Assembly (NCBI GenBank): GCA_944333345.1
Contig: CALVKW010000002.1
Coordinates: 1-34,976 of the forward strand
Reading direction: 5' to 3'
From: an uncultured Bacilli bacterium
Lineage (GTDB): Bacteria > Bacillota_I > Bacilli_A > RF39 > UBA660
DNA: 34,976 nt
A model generated the notes under the pieces. The model was not told where the DNA came from. It ran no database searches and was given only the letters and a program-made list of their open reading frames with translations. A program made the translations under genes and the position numbers. Positions 16,926 to 25,346 of the stretch are shown piece after piece. Position 1 is the first letter of the stretch. Every line of letters begins with the position of its first letter.

Positions 16926-18482
16926 ATGATTATCAGGAAACCGTATGCTTTTTTAATTAAACATTTTAGAAAAATTCATATCTTTTTATTACTTTTGTGT
17001 GGTTATGTTTATTATAAAAATATGCAAACTCGTTCCTTTGTGTCTGAGTTTTTACAGTTAGAGTCTTATGATGCTTATTATGAACCAATTACTAATTATG
17101 CTAGTTTTTTGGCTATCATTTTTTTAATTATTATTATTGCTCTTTCGATTACTTTAATTATTTTATTGCGACATAAAAAGAAACCTTGGAAATTATATAT
17201 TGTTCCGGCTATTTCTTATTTGTTTTTATTAGTTATATTCTTTTTTACTATTTCTTATTTTTCGAGTTATCGAGAGGGTAGTGGTACTACCGTTATACGT
17301 GCTCTTAATGATTTGTTGTTTATGGCAACTATTCCGCAATACATTGTTATTGTTATTTTATTGGTTCGTATTTTTGGTATTGATTTAAATAAGTTTGATT
17401 TTAAGTCTGATCAGGAATATTTGGAACTTAATGCGGAAGATAGAGAAGAAGTAGAAATTAATATTGATGTAGATAAGGAAAGTTTTAAAAGAGCTTTTAA
17501 AAGGTTAAAACGTAATATTGGTTATGTTTATCAGGAACATAAACTTATTTTTCATGCTATTAGTGTTATTTTTGTTGTTTTTAGTGTGATATCTATTTAT
17601 AATTATGTTTTTATTGTTCATAAATCTTATCAGGAGGGAGATACCTTTCAAAGTAGTGGATATTCTATTACTGTGCATCATAGCTATTTTACAAATAAGG
17701 ATTATAGTGGAACCGTGATTTCTAATAGTAGTAACTTTATTATATTAGATCTCACTATTCAAAATAATACTTCTCAAAGAAATGTTAATTTTAATCGATT
17801 TCATATTATGAACGGAACAGAAAATTATTCTCAAACTTATCGTACTTATCAGCTTGAATTTCAAGACTTAGGTCAGACTTATGATAAGCTTACTTTGAAA
17901 AACGGTGAGAGTCAAAGATTACTGATGGTTTATCGTGTTGCAAAAGATTTAGATCCTTCTAAGTTTGTTCTTTATTATCAAGAGTTGGATAATAATCGTC
18001 CTTATTTAAGAAAAATTAAATTGAATGTAGAAGATTTAAGTGAAATTAAAAAACAAGGTGAAAAGTTATTGCAAGAGGAAGAAGTTATTAAATTTGGAGA
18101 AGAAGAAATATCTTTTTCGATAGAAGAATATTTTCTAACTAATCAAATTAGTTATAATTCTAGGGTTTGTTCTAGTAGTAATAATTGTTATTCTAAAGCG
18201 AATGTTATGTATGCAGATTCTAACCGATTATTCTTGCAAATTTTCTTTACTTCTGATTATTTTACGGGTAAAGATTTCGTTGACTTTTCTAAGGAATATG
18301 GTAAAATTGATTATATAGATAATAAAGGGGAATATCATGAACTTTCCGTTGTGGATGCAGTTAATTATAATTATGATGGAAATTATATGTATTTAGATGT
18401 CCCTATAGAATTAGCAGATGCAAATGAGATTCGGTTGGTATATACGGTGAGAAATCAAGAGTATACTTACAGACTAAAATAA
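16926..18482 (+). CDS. Polytopic membrane protein with a large beta-rich extracytoplasmic C-terminal region; first gene of the accessory supercluster
   Basis: RBS AGAGGGTG. About 4 N-terminal TM helices, a charged linker, and a further TM 'LIFHAISVIFVVFSVISIYNYVFIV'. The region 'SNFIILDLTIQNNTSQ...GESQRLLMVYRV' is reminiscent of DUF4352/Ig-like domains (weak). Confidence 0.65.
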   Translation: MIIRKPYAFLIKHFRKIHIFLLLLCGYVYYKNMQTRSFVSEFLQLESYDAYYEPITNYASFLAIIFLIIIIALSITLIILLRHKKKPWKLYIVPAISYLFLLVIFFFTISYFSSYREGSGTTVIRALNDLLFMATIPQYIVIVILLVRIFGIDLNKFDFKSDQEYLELNAEDREEVEINIDVDKESFKRAFKRLKRNIGYVYQEHKLIFHAISVIFVVFSVISIYNYVFIVHKSYQEGDTFQSSGYSITVHHSYFTNKDYSGTVISNSSNFIILDLTIQNNTSQRNVNFNRFHIMNGTENYSQTYRTYQLEFQDLGQTYDKLTLKNGESQRLLMVYRVAKDLDPSKFVLYYQELDNNRPYLRKIKLNVEDLSEIKKQGEKLLQEEEVIKFGEEEISFSIEEYFLTNQISYNSRVCSSSNNCYSKANVMYADSNRLFLQIFFTSDYFTGKDFVDFSKEYGKIDYIDNKGEYHELSVVDAVNYNYDGNYMYLDVPIELADANEIRLVYTVRNQEYTYRLK

Positions 18483-18492
18483 GGAGATTTAT

Positions 18493-20295
18493 ATGGATAA
18501 AAAGAGAGTAGTGAAATACCTTAAAATTGCTATTGTATGTATCGTAGTCGCATTGTTTTTATGGTTTTTAGTGATTCATCCTCTTCTTACTTTTAAAGGA
18601 TATGAAAATCAAATTGAAAGTGCGGCGAAAAGATATTTTGAACTTAATGAGAGTCAATTGCCAACTGGAACTAGAGTTAAGACCCTTAGTGTTCAAGAGT
18701 TATTTGATCAAGCTTATTTAAAGGAAGATTTTTATGTTCCTTTTTCTAAGAAACCTTGTTCTATTACAGAAAGTTGGGTAAAGGTTAGAAAAGAAGATGG
18801 GGAATATAAATATTATACTTATTTGCAATGTGGTGTATTATCCTCTTTAGTTGATCATGAAGGTCCAGAAATTATTTTAAATGGTGACGATGAAATTACG
18901 ATTGATCAAGGTGATAAGTATGAAGAATTAGGAGTTAAAAGTGTTGTTGATAATTCTGATGGTAAGATGAATGTAGATGATGTTGAAATTGATTCTAGTG
19001 ATGTCAATACAAATGTTACTGGTACTTATAAAGTTACTTATACTACTCGTGATAGTTTGAATAATCGAACTGAAAAAGTAAGGGAAGTAAGCGTTGTTTC
19101 TAGAATTAAAAATATCGTAAAGAATAATACTGGTGATTTAGGAGTTTATACCGGTTCTAATCCTAATAATTATATGTATTTTTCTGGTATGGTATTTAGA
19201 ATAATTGGGCTTGATGGTGATAATGTTCGTATTGTTGCTGAGGAAGATATTAGTAATGTTAATTATTCTGCTATTGATGATTGGCTAGAATATTATTATG
19301 ATCATTTGACTGATAAGGCTAAGGATTATATTGTTGAAAATAAATATTGTAATATGAAATTAGATGATAATAGTGTTGGTAGTGTTACGGATTGTAGTTC
19401 TTATACTGGAAATCGTAGTGTTGCTATTTTATCAGCAAATGATATTAATCAGGCACAGGGGGATGATGGTAATTATTTATATCCGCTTAGTATCTCTTGG
19501 GTATTAAATACTAAGAATAAAGACGAGGCTTATACAACACGCAATTTCTTTTATAATTCTTCTTCTAATTATATGAGTTTTGATAAAGATTATAATTTTG
19601 GGGTTCGTCCTGTTCTTACTATTCAAGGAGATGTTTTTGTAGTAGATGGTGATGGTACGAAAGAAGACCCATATTCTATTGGCGATTTTACTTATGCTAA
19701 AACTGGAGATAAGGTAAATAGTAGATATAGTGGTGAATTTTTAACTTATTCTGGTATTTTATGGAGAATTATCGATGTTGAAAAAGGTGGAGTTACTAAA
19801 ATTATTTCTACTTCTACCTTAAACAGTGATGGTCAAAAAATACAAACTCATTATACTACCGAAGGAGAACGTAAGATTTATAATCCTAAACAACGAGGAA
19901 ATATTGGTTATTTTATTAATAATCAGGCTAGACAATATATTGATACCGACTATCTTGTTACTCATGAAGTAGAAGTTCCTATTTATAAAAATGAAATAAA
20001 ATATGGTAAAGAAGTGGATACGAAAACTTATGATGTTTTATTAGCTGCTCCTAATATGTATGAGATGTTTAGCGCTTTTGAATTTAATAGTTCTACTTTA
20101 CATTCTTATTGGTTGATTAATTCTTCTCGTCAAAGTAATACGAAAGCGGTTATTGCTGATCTTGGTACATCTTTGTATGGAAATATATATGATAATACTG
20201 ATTATGGTGTACGTCCTGTTGCATTTTTAGATGAAAATTGTACTATTGTTAGGGGAAATGGTACATTTAATAATCCATATTCTATTGCGAAGTAA
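18493..20295 (+). CDS. Membrane-anchored modular surface protein: pilin-head-like N-domain, Ig-like (DUF5011-type) domain, two tandem ~190-aa 'GVRPV' modules
   Basis: N-terminal TM 'IAIVCIVVALFLWFLVI'. 'EGPEIILNGDDEITIDQGDKYEELGVKSVVD...TGTYKVTYTTRDSLNN' matches the DUF5011-type Ig pattern. Modules aa ~205-396 and ~400-600 both run Y..(F/Y)SG..(F/W)RII ... SYW/SWVLN ... (F/Y)GVRPV ... G(D/N)GT..(D/N)PYSI. Confidence 0.7.
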   Translation: MDKKRVVKYLKIAIVCIVVALFLWFLVIHPLLTFKGYENQIESAAKRYFELNESQLPTGTRVKTLSVQELFDQAYLKEDFYVPFSKKPCSITESWVKVRKEDGEYKYYTYLQCGVLSSLVDHEGPEIILNGDDEITIDQGDKYEELGVKSVVDNSDGKMNVDDVEIDSSDVNTNVTGTYKVTYTTRDSLNNRTEKVREVSVVSRIKNIVKNNTGDLGVYTGSNPNNYMYFSGMVFRIIGLDGDNVRIVAEEDISNVNYSAIDDWLEYYYDHLTDKAKDYIVENKYCNMKLDDNSVGSVTDCSSYTGNRSVAILSANDINQAQGDDGNYLYPLSISWVLNTKNKDEAYTTRNFFYNSSSNYMSFDKDYNFGVRPVLTIQGDVFVVDGDGTKEDPYSIGDFTYAKTGDKVNSRYSGEFLTYSGILWRIIDVEKGGVTKIISTSTLNSDGQKIQTHYTTEGERKIYNPKQRGNIGYFINNQARQYIDTDYLVTHEVEVPIYKNEIKYGKEVDTKTYDVLLAAPNMYEMFSAFEFNSSTLHSYWLINSSRQSNTKAVIADLGTSLYGNIYDNTDYGVRPVAFLDENCTIVRGNGTFNNPYSIAK

Positions 20296-20299
20296 GTAG

Positions 20300-21109
20300 G
20301 TGATTAGTGTGAGTAAAAGAACAAGAATGTTAATTTTAAAGAAAAAGAAAGTGTTCTTATTGATAGGGATTCTATCTTTTTTGTGTTTTATTAGTGCAAT
20401 TGGTTTTCTGTTGTTTTATGATTATTATCCTGTAGAATCTAGGGTTAGTAATGTGGAGCGGTATGCTTCTAGCGATTCTAGTGATTATACTACGGTTGGG
20501 TGGCTTCGAGTGCAAGGCACTAATATTGATTATCCGGTTATTTATGCACCAGATTATGATTTAAGTATGAAAACAGATGATTTTGTTTGGACCGAGGTAA
20601 GCAGTGATAGATTATTAAATAAAGTTAATATTATTGGACACAATATATTAAATTTATCCACTCATCCCCTTGTTACTTCAGAAAATCATAAACGTTTTGA
20701 ACAGTTAATGAGTTTTGTATATTTAGATTTTGTAAAAGAAAATAAATATATTCAATATACTTTCCAAGATAAGAATTATATTTATAAAATATTTTCTATC
20801 TCCTTTGTTGATCATGATGATATAGGGTTGTATGCGTTCGAAGATTATACAAAGGATGAAATGAATGATTATATACAACAGTCACTTCAAGATAGTATAT
20901 TTGAGTTTGATATAGATGTTGATGAAGATGATAAAATTATTTCTTTGGTTACTTGTACTAGAATGTTTGGATATGGTAATGATATTGAGTTTAGAGTCGA
21001 TGCAAGATTGGTTAGAGAAGGTGAAATGAAAATGAATTACGGTGTTCAAAAAAGCGATAAGTATCAAGAAATTGATGATATTATGAAAGGTGGGGAAAAT
21101 AATGTATAA
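20300..21109 (+). CDS. Class B sortase-like cysteine transpeptidase (membrane anchored)
   Basis: Collinear with S. aureus SrtB as I remember it: 'TVGWLRVQGTNIDYPVIYA' (cf. IVGWIKLSGTSLNYPVLQG), 'VNIIGHNI' (catalytic His), 'KIISLVTCTR' (TLxTC Cys) and 'EFRVDARLV' (Arg). The start is uncertain: GTG 20300, GTG 20309 (RBS AGGTGA 5 nt upstream) or ATG 20327. Confidence 0.8.
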   Translation: MISVSKRTRMLILKKKKVFLLIGILSFLCFISAIGFLLFYDYYPVESRVSNVERYASSDSSDYTTVGWLRVQGTNIDYPVIYAPDYDLSMKTDDFVWTEVSSDRLLNKVNIIGHNILNLSTHPLVTSENHKRFEQLMSFVYLDFVKENKYIQYTFQDKNYIYKIFSISFVDHDDIGLYAFEDYTKDEMNDYIQQSLQDSIFEFDIDVDEDDKIISLVTCTRMFGYGNDIEFRVDARLVREGEMKMNYGVQKSDKYQEIDDIMKGGENNV

Positions 21110-24011
21110 GCATAGAAAAAAGAGAATATTAGGGGTATTAATTATTTTTGCTTTTGTTGTTGCTATTGGTTCTTTTGTTGGTATTCATAATCTGTTAGCA
21201 ACTAAGGAAACGACTAATGTTTCTAGAACGAAAACAGCAGCAAAGACTACAGATGGTAGTAAATGTAAAGATGTTGCTTATCTTCGTGATCATTATAAAG
21301 TACAGGTTGATTATGAGGTTACTGATACTTCACTTATTGCGCATCTTACTGCTGAAAAGGGGTCCTTTTCTATCGATAATTGGAGTAGTGATATTGATAA
21401 TCCATTTCTTGTTAATCCTCAACAAGCCGGGGTGCTTTCTAAAGATAATCCGATTGATTTAGTTTTTAGAAAAGATTCTAGTGCTAGTGTCGTTGTACAT
21501 TTTATATTGGCAGAAACTGATGAATTGTGTTTATCTTATAATGATGCTACTACGGATGAAACTGGGAAAAAGGTTGGTACTTATGACTTTAATATGAATT
21601 TTGAATTGAATGATTTAACTAGTACTTCCCTTGAGGTTAATAATGAAAATTATAATGGTATGTGTCGAGTTATTCGTGATGGAACTAATTTTAGCGATTA
21701 TTCTTCTTATTTAAAAGGAATTACTTCTGCTGATATTGAGAAGTATAATGCTACTACTAATAGTAAGGCATTGGATCATTATCGTACTATTTTACCGTTT
21801 TGTTTCCCAGATACGTCAACAGGCGGAATACCTAGTGTTACCTTTACTTATGATGATGAAACTTTAGGAGGAATGATTGTTGCGGCTGTTTCTAGTTTTA
21901 AGATAATTAATTCTTCTGGTTCTACAACGTCTAGACCTGATGGTGACGCTTTTATGGAAGCTTTTCAAGATGCCAAAGATGCTGCTTTTGGTTCAGGACA
22001 TAATTATACGATACCTGAGGGCGCTACGTTAGAGCAAATTAAGAGTATTCTTAGTGCTGATAATAAGTTGACTTGTGATTGGAAATTACAACCTCAGAAG
22101 GATGAGGCTGGTAATATTATTGATTATTATGTAAATAAAGATTATTATTACGCTATTCAGACTGAGGAGGAAGAACTTACTTATGAACATCAGTATACTG
22201 GTGGTACTCAGTATACTGATGGAGGGGCTTGCAAGCGTACTTGTGAAGAGTCTGTCGTTGTAGAGTATGGACCTCCAGTTGCTTCCAAAGCTGGCCTTTG
22301 TTTTGAATACAAAGTTAAAGTTACGAGTAGAGTAGTTTGTAATACTGATGTAAAAGGGTTAATTGCTCCTCCTATTACTTCTGTTTGTACACCTGTACCT
22401 ATTTGTAATGACATTGCTGGTTTTGAAAATCAAGGTGGACCTACGGAAGAGTATGATGCTTGTATTCAAGAATGTGATGGTGGAAAATATTCACAATCTT
22501 GTAGTAATAAATGTTATGATGAAGTTTATGGTGATGATTCTAAGAAAGAAAGTAATCCATTGGCATTGAATTATGAGGATGCAGTGGTATCTCCGGTTGC
22601 TATTGATTTCCCTGGTTATGCTGGAAAATATAAATGGAATGGAAATGTAATTTATTGGGAAAATTCTGGTACCAGTGAAACTTATGGTCGTTGGTATAGT
22701 TATGGTAGTCGTGATCAACGTACTAGATCTGATCATAGTTCTGGTGCTTATCATGCTGCAGATAATGGATTTAAGAGAGAAGTATATGGTAATGATGATT
22801 GTGACGATCCTTGTGAGTGGACCAGTTGTTCGAAAGATACTTATTTAAATGAGGAGGAAGCAAGCAAATCTTACTCACATAATCTACAGATTTATAATAA
22901 TGCTTTATCTTCTTGTCAAGCTGCTGCATCATGTACTACCAAGACTGCCTATTTTGAAATTAGTGTTGATTATTTACACGCTAATGAATCCGGAAATATT
23001 GTAAAGGAGAATATTAAATTTCCTGCTTCTACCCAAGCATCGTTACCTAGTGGTGATAATCAAACTACTTCTAGTCCACAGGGTACGAATATTTTCTTAA
23101 GTGATGGAGAAGATTATAAGGGTTATGATGGTTGTTATGTAAGTAGTGATGCTAAAGATTGGTATCAGGCTGAATGGAGTTTCCCTGGTACATGGATTAA
23201 TAATAAAACTGGTGAAATTTCTTATGAAGATAAGATGGATGATAAGTTATGGCACTTACGAGAAGATAAATTCTGTATTCCATTAGATGCTCAAAGTGTT
23301 AATACAAAATGGTGGGAATGGAGTGAAGTTGGTAGAGAGTGTTATACCGAAGCTGAAATAGAAGAAGAAATAAAAGATAATTATAATATTCATGCAAAAA
23401 CAACTAATTTTGGATATTTTGGTTGGGACTTTACCTTCGAGTGTTTTTATGCATTGAGAAATGAAGTTTGTGATACTAGTATTGATGGATGTTGTGATGG
23501 CCCTGATCCAGAACCTGATCCTCCTGGTCCTGGTACAACGATTCCTACTAGAGATTATGCATTTAGAATTATAGACACTTCTGATATGTTCCCTGAAACG
23601 AGTACTTCTACTGAAGAGGACAGTGTGGGTGAAGGCTATTCTAAGACCGGAAGAACTCCTGGTTATAACTGGAATTTGAATGGTGAGGTTATTGGAGCCC
23701 TAACTGCTAAGAATAGTAATTACGCGATTAACCCTACTGCTTTGATTGCTGATATTCAACAACGTCAATCTTCCATTTATGATGGTACGAAATATCTAGA
23801 TTATCGTTTCGTGCTAGATACTGAAGATTTGGCAGAAATTAGAAGCTATAATAACCAAAGATATAATGGTAGTCGTGATATGCAATATACTGATTATTTG
23901 GGTAATACAACTATTAAGAATGGTGTTACTGTATATGAAAGTGAATTAATTAATAAATATGCAACGAAGCAAGGAACTCCTGGAGTTAATAATGATGGGG
24001 AGGATGATTAA
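21102..24011 (+). CDS. Large (~970 aa) cysteine-rich exported/membrane-anchored protein of unknown family, with a Pro-rich hinge (CCDGPDPEPDPPGPG)
   Basis: ATG 21102 (RBS AAGGTGGGG 7 nt upstream) is preferred over GTG 21090, giving an 8-nt overlap with the sortase gene. N-terminal 'KKRILGVLIIFAFVVAIGSFVG' anchor. I count 27 Cys by hand after the anchor, many as close pairs. No domain recognised. Confidence 0.7.
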   Translation: MYKHRKKRILGVLIIFAFVVAIGSFVGIHNLLATKETTNVSRTKTAAKTTDGSKCKDVAYLRDHYKVQVDYEVTDTSLIAHLTAEKGSFSIDNWSSDIDNPFLVNPQQAGVLSKDNPIDLVFRKDSSASVVVHFILAETDELCLSYNDATTDETGKKVGTYDFNMNFELNDLTSTSLEVNNENYNGMCRVIRDGTNFSDYSSYLKGITSADIEKYNATTNSKALDHYRTILPFCFPDTSTGGIPSVTFTYDDETLGGMIVAAVSSFKIINSSGSTTSRPDGDAFMEAFQDAKDAAFGSGHNYTIPEGATLEQIKSILSADNKLTCDWKLQPQKDEAGNIIDYYVNKDYYYAIQTEEEELTYEHQYTGGTQYTDGGACKRTCEESVVVEYGPPVASKAGLCFEYKVKVTSRVVCNTDVKGLIAPPITSVCTPVPICNDIAGFENQGGPTEEYDACIQECDGGKYSQSCSNKCYDEVYGDDSKKESNPLALNYEDAVVSPVAIDFPGYAGKYKWNGNVIYWENSGTSETYGRWYSYGSRDQRTRSDHSSGAYHAADNGFKREVYGNDDCDDPCEWTSCSKDTYLNEEEASKSYSHNLQIYNNALSSCQAAASCTTKTAYFEISVDYLHANESGNIVKENIKFPASTQASLPSGDNQTTSSPQGTNIFLSDGEDYKGYDGCYVSSDAKDWYQAEWSFPGTWINNKTGEISYEDKMDDKLWHLREDKFCIPLDAQSVNTKWWEWSEVGRECYTEAEIEEEIKDNYNIHAKTTNFGYFGWDFTFECFYALRNEVCDTSIDGCCDGPDPEPDPPGPGTTIPTRDYAFRIIDTSDMFPETSTSTEEDSVGEGYSKTGRTPGYNWNLNGEVIGALTAKNSNYAINPTALIADIQQRQSSIYDGTKYLDYRFVLDTEDLAEIRSYNNQRYNGSRDMQYTDYLGNTTIKNGVTVYESELINKYATKQGTPGVNNDGEDD

Positions 24012-24016
24012 GTTTT

Positions 24017-24481
24017 ATGAATAAAGCAATGTTAACGGTTGGTATTATCATCTTGAGTTTAGCAACATTATTAATGATTAATATTATTTCCAATTATTCA
24101 ACAGGTAGTGAGTTAGATTACTACCTGGTGAAGGAAACATCGGAAGCTGCTATGATTGATGCTATTGATGTTGCGTATTATCGTGAAAATGGTTTGCTTC
24201 GAATTGATAAAGAAAAATTTGTAGAAAGTTTTATTAGAAGGTTTGCTGATACTGTTGATAACACTAGAAATTATCAGGTTTCATTTTATGATTTAAATGA
24301 AGTTCCACCTAAAGTTAGTGTGAAAGTTGATTCTTCTACTGTATTGAGTTTCAAGGGATCTAATTTGGAGATGACTACGCAACTTGATGCTATTTTAGAA
24401 AATACTTATGATACTGATCCATTAGTTACTAATGAACTTACGGACTTTAATAGTGATATGGGTAAACCTATAGAAGAATAG
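24017..24481 (+). CDS. Small membrane-anchored protein, candidate minor pilin/pseudopilin
   Basis: 154 aa. An N-terminal hydrophobic helix 'AMLTVGIIILSLATLLMINII' is followed by a ~125-aa globular part. It sits immediately upstream of the cpaB-like gene. No Gly cleavage motif. The function call is weak. Confidence 0.45.
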   Translation: MNKAMLTVGIIILSLATLLMINIISNYSTGSELDYYLVKETSEAAMIDAIDVAYYRENGLLRIDKEKFVESFIRRFADTVDNTRNYQVSFYDLNEVPPKVSVKVDSSTVLSFKGSNLEMTTQLDAILENTYDTDPLVTNELTDFNSDMGKPIEE

Positions 24482-24495
24482 AAAGGAGAGATATA

Positions 24496-25314
24496 ATGGG
24501 AAATCTTGGTGTTGGAATTAAGAAGTTTTTGTCGAATAAGAATACTGTTACTGTTGTTGGAGTTGTTGTTGCTGTTGTTGTTCTTTATGTTGCTTACAAT
24601 TTACGTGTTCAAGCCGCAGTTAATCCTATTAGTGTTCCTTATGCGAGACAACAAATTAACCCTGGGGTACAAATTACGTCAGATATGGTAGGAACTATGG
24701 AGGTTCCTCCTTCTATGCTTGAGGGAGATGTTATTACGAATCAAGCAGATGTGATTGATAAATATTCAAATGCGGATACACTAATTCCTGAAGGTAGTTT
24801 ATTCTACTCTAGACAAGTAGTTGAGAAGGAACAATTACCTGCTAATATTATACTTGATTATCCTAAAGGATATGTTTTATATAATATGCCTGTGAATACG
24901 GAAAGTACTTATGGTAATTCTATTTATCCTGGTAATTATATAGATATTTATTTAAGAATTACCAGAAAAGCGGTGGAAGGGCAAACTACTACGGATACTC
25001 AGGGAGCAGAGTTAATGCAATATGGTAAGTTTTTGGAAAATGTTCAAGTATTAGCTGTTAAAGATGGTTCTGGTCGACCAGTATTTTCTAATTTAGATGA
25101 GCAAAGAACACCAGCTATGATTGTTTTTGCACTTCCAGAAGAGTATTATATTTTACTTAAAAAGGCTAGTTATTTAACATTATATGATTCTGAACTTGTC
25201 CCTGTTCCAACAAATGAGAGTTTGCAGGATGAACCTGGAGATTTGGAAATGAGTAGTGAAAGTTTACGTGATTGGATTAATAGTGCTACTTATTGGGATG
25301 AAAGTATTGGTTAG
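24496..25314 (+). CDS. Flp pilus assembly protein CpaB/RcpC-like (SAF + beta-clip)
   Basis: N-terminal TM 'VTVVGVVVAVVVLYVAY'. 'PYARQQINPGVQITSDMV...VPPSMLEGDVI' is SAF-like. 'GYVLYNMPVNTES..GNSIYPGNYIDIY...ENVQVLAVKDGSG' follows the CpaB pattern (PG..VD...V.VLAV). Confidence 0.7.
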   Translation: MGNLGVGIKKFLSNKNTVTVVGVVVAVVVLYVAYNLRVQAAVNPISVPYARQQINPGVQITSDMVGTMEVPPSMLEGDVITNQADVIDKYSNADTLIPEGSLFYSRQVVEKEQLPANIILDYPKGYVLYNMPVNTESTYGNSIYPGNYIDIYLRITRKAVEGQTTTDTQGAELMQYGKFLENVQVLAVKDGSGRPVFSNLDEQRTPAMIVFALPEEYYILLKKASYLTLYDSELVPVPTNESLQDEPGDLEMSSESLRDWINSATYWDESIG

Positions 25315-25346
25315 TTATTATTAAGAATAAAAAGGAGATGGGTTAG

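Noticed and set aside
23727-23744. 'INPTAL' in the giant Cys-rich protein (and 'YNPKQRG' in the 18493 product) as NPxT-type class B sorting motifs.
   Set aside because: They are internal, 90 or more residues from the C-terminus, and are not followed by a hydrophobic segment plus a positively charged tail.
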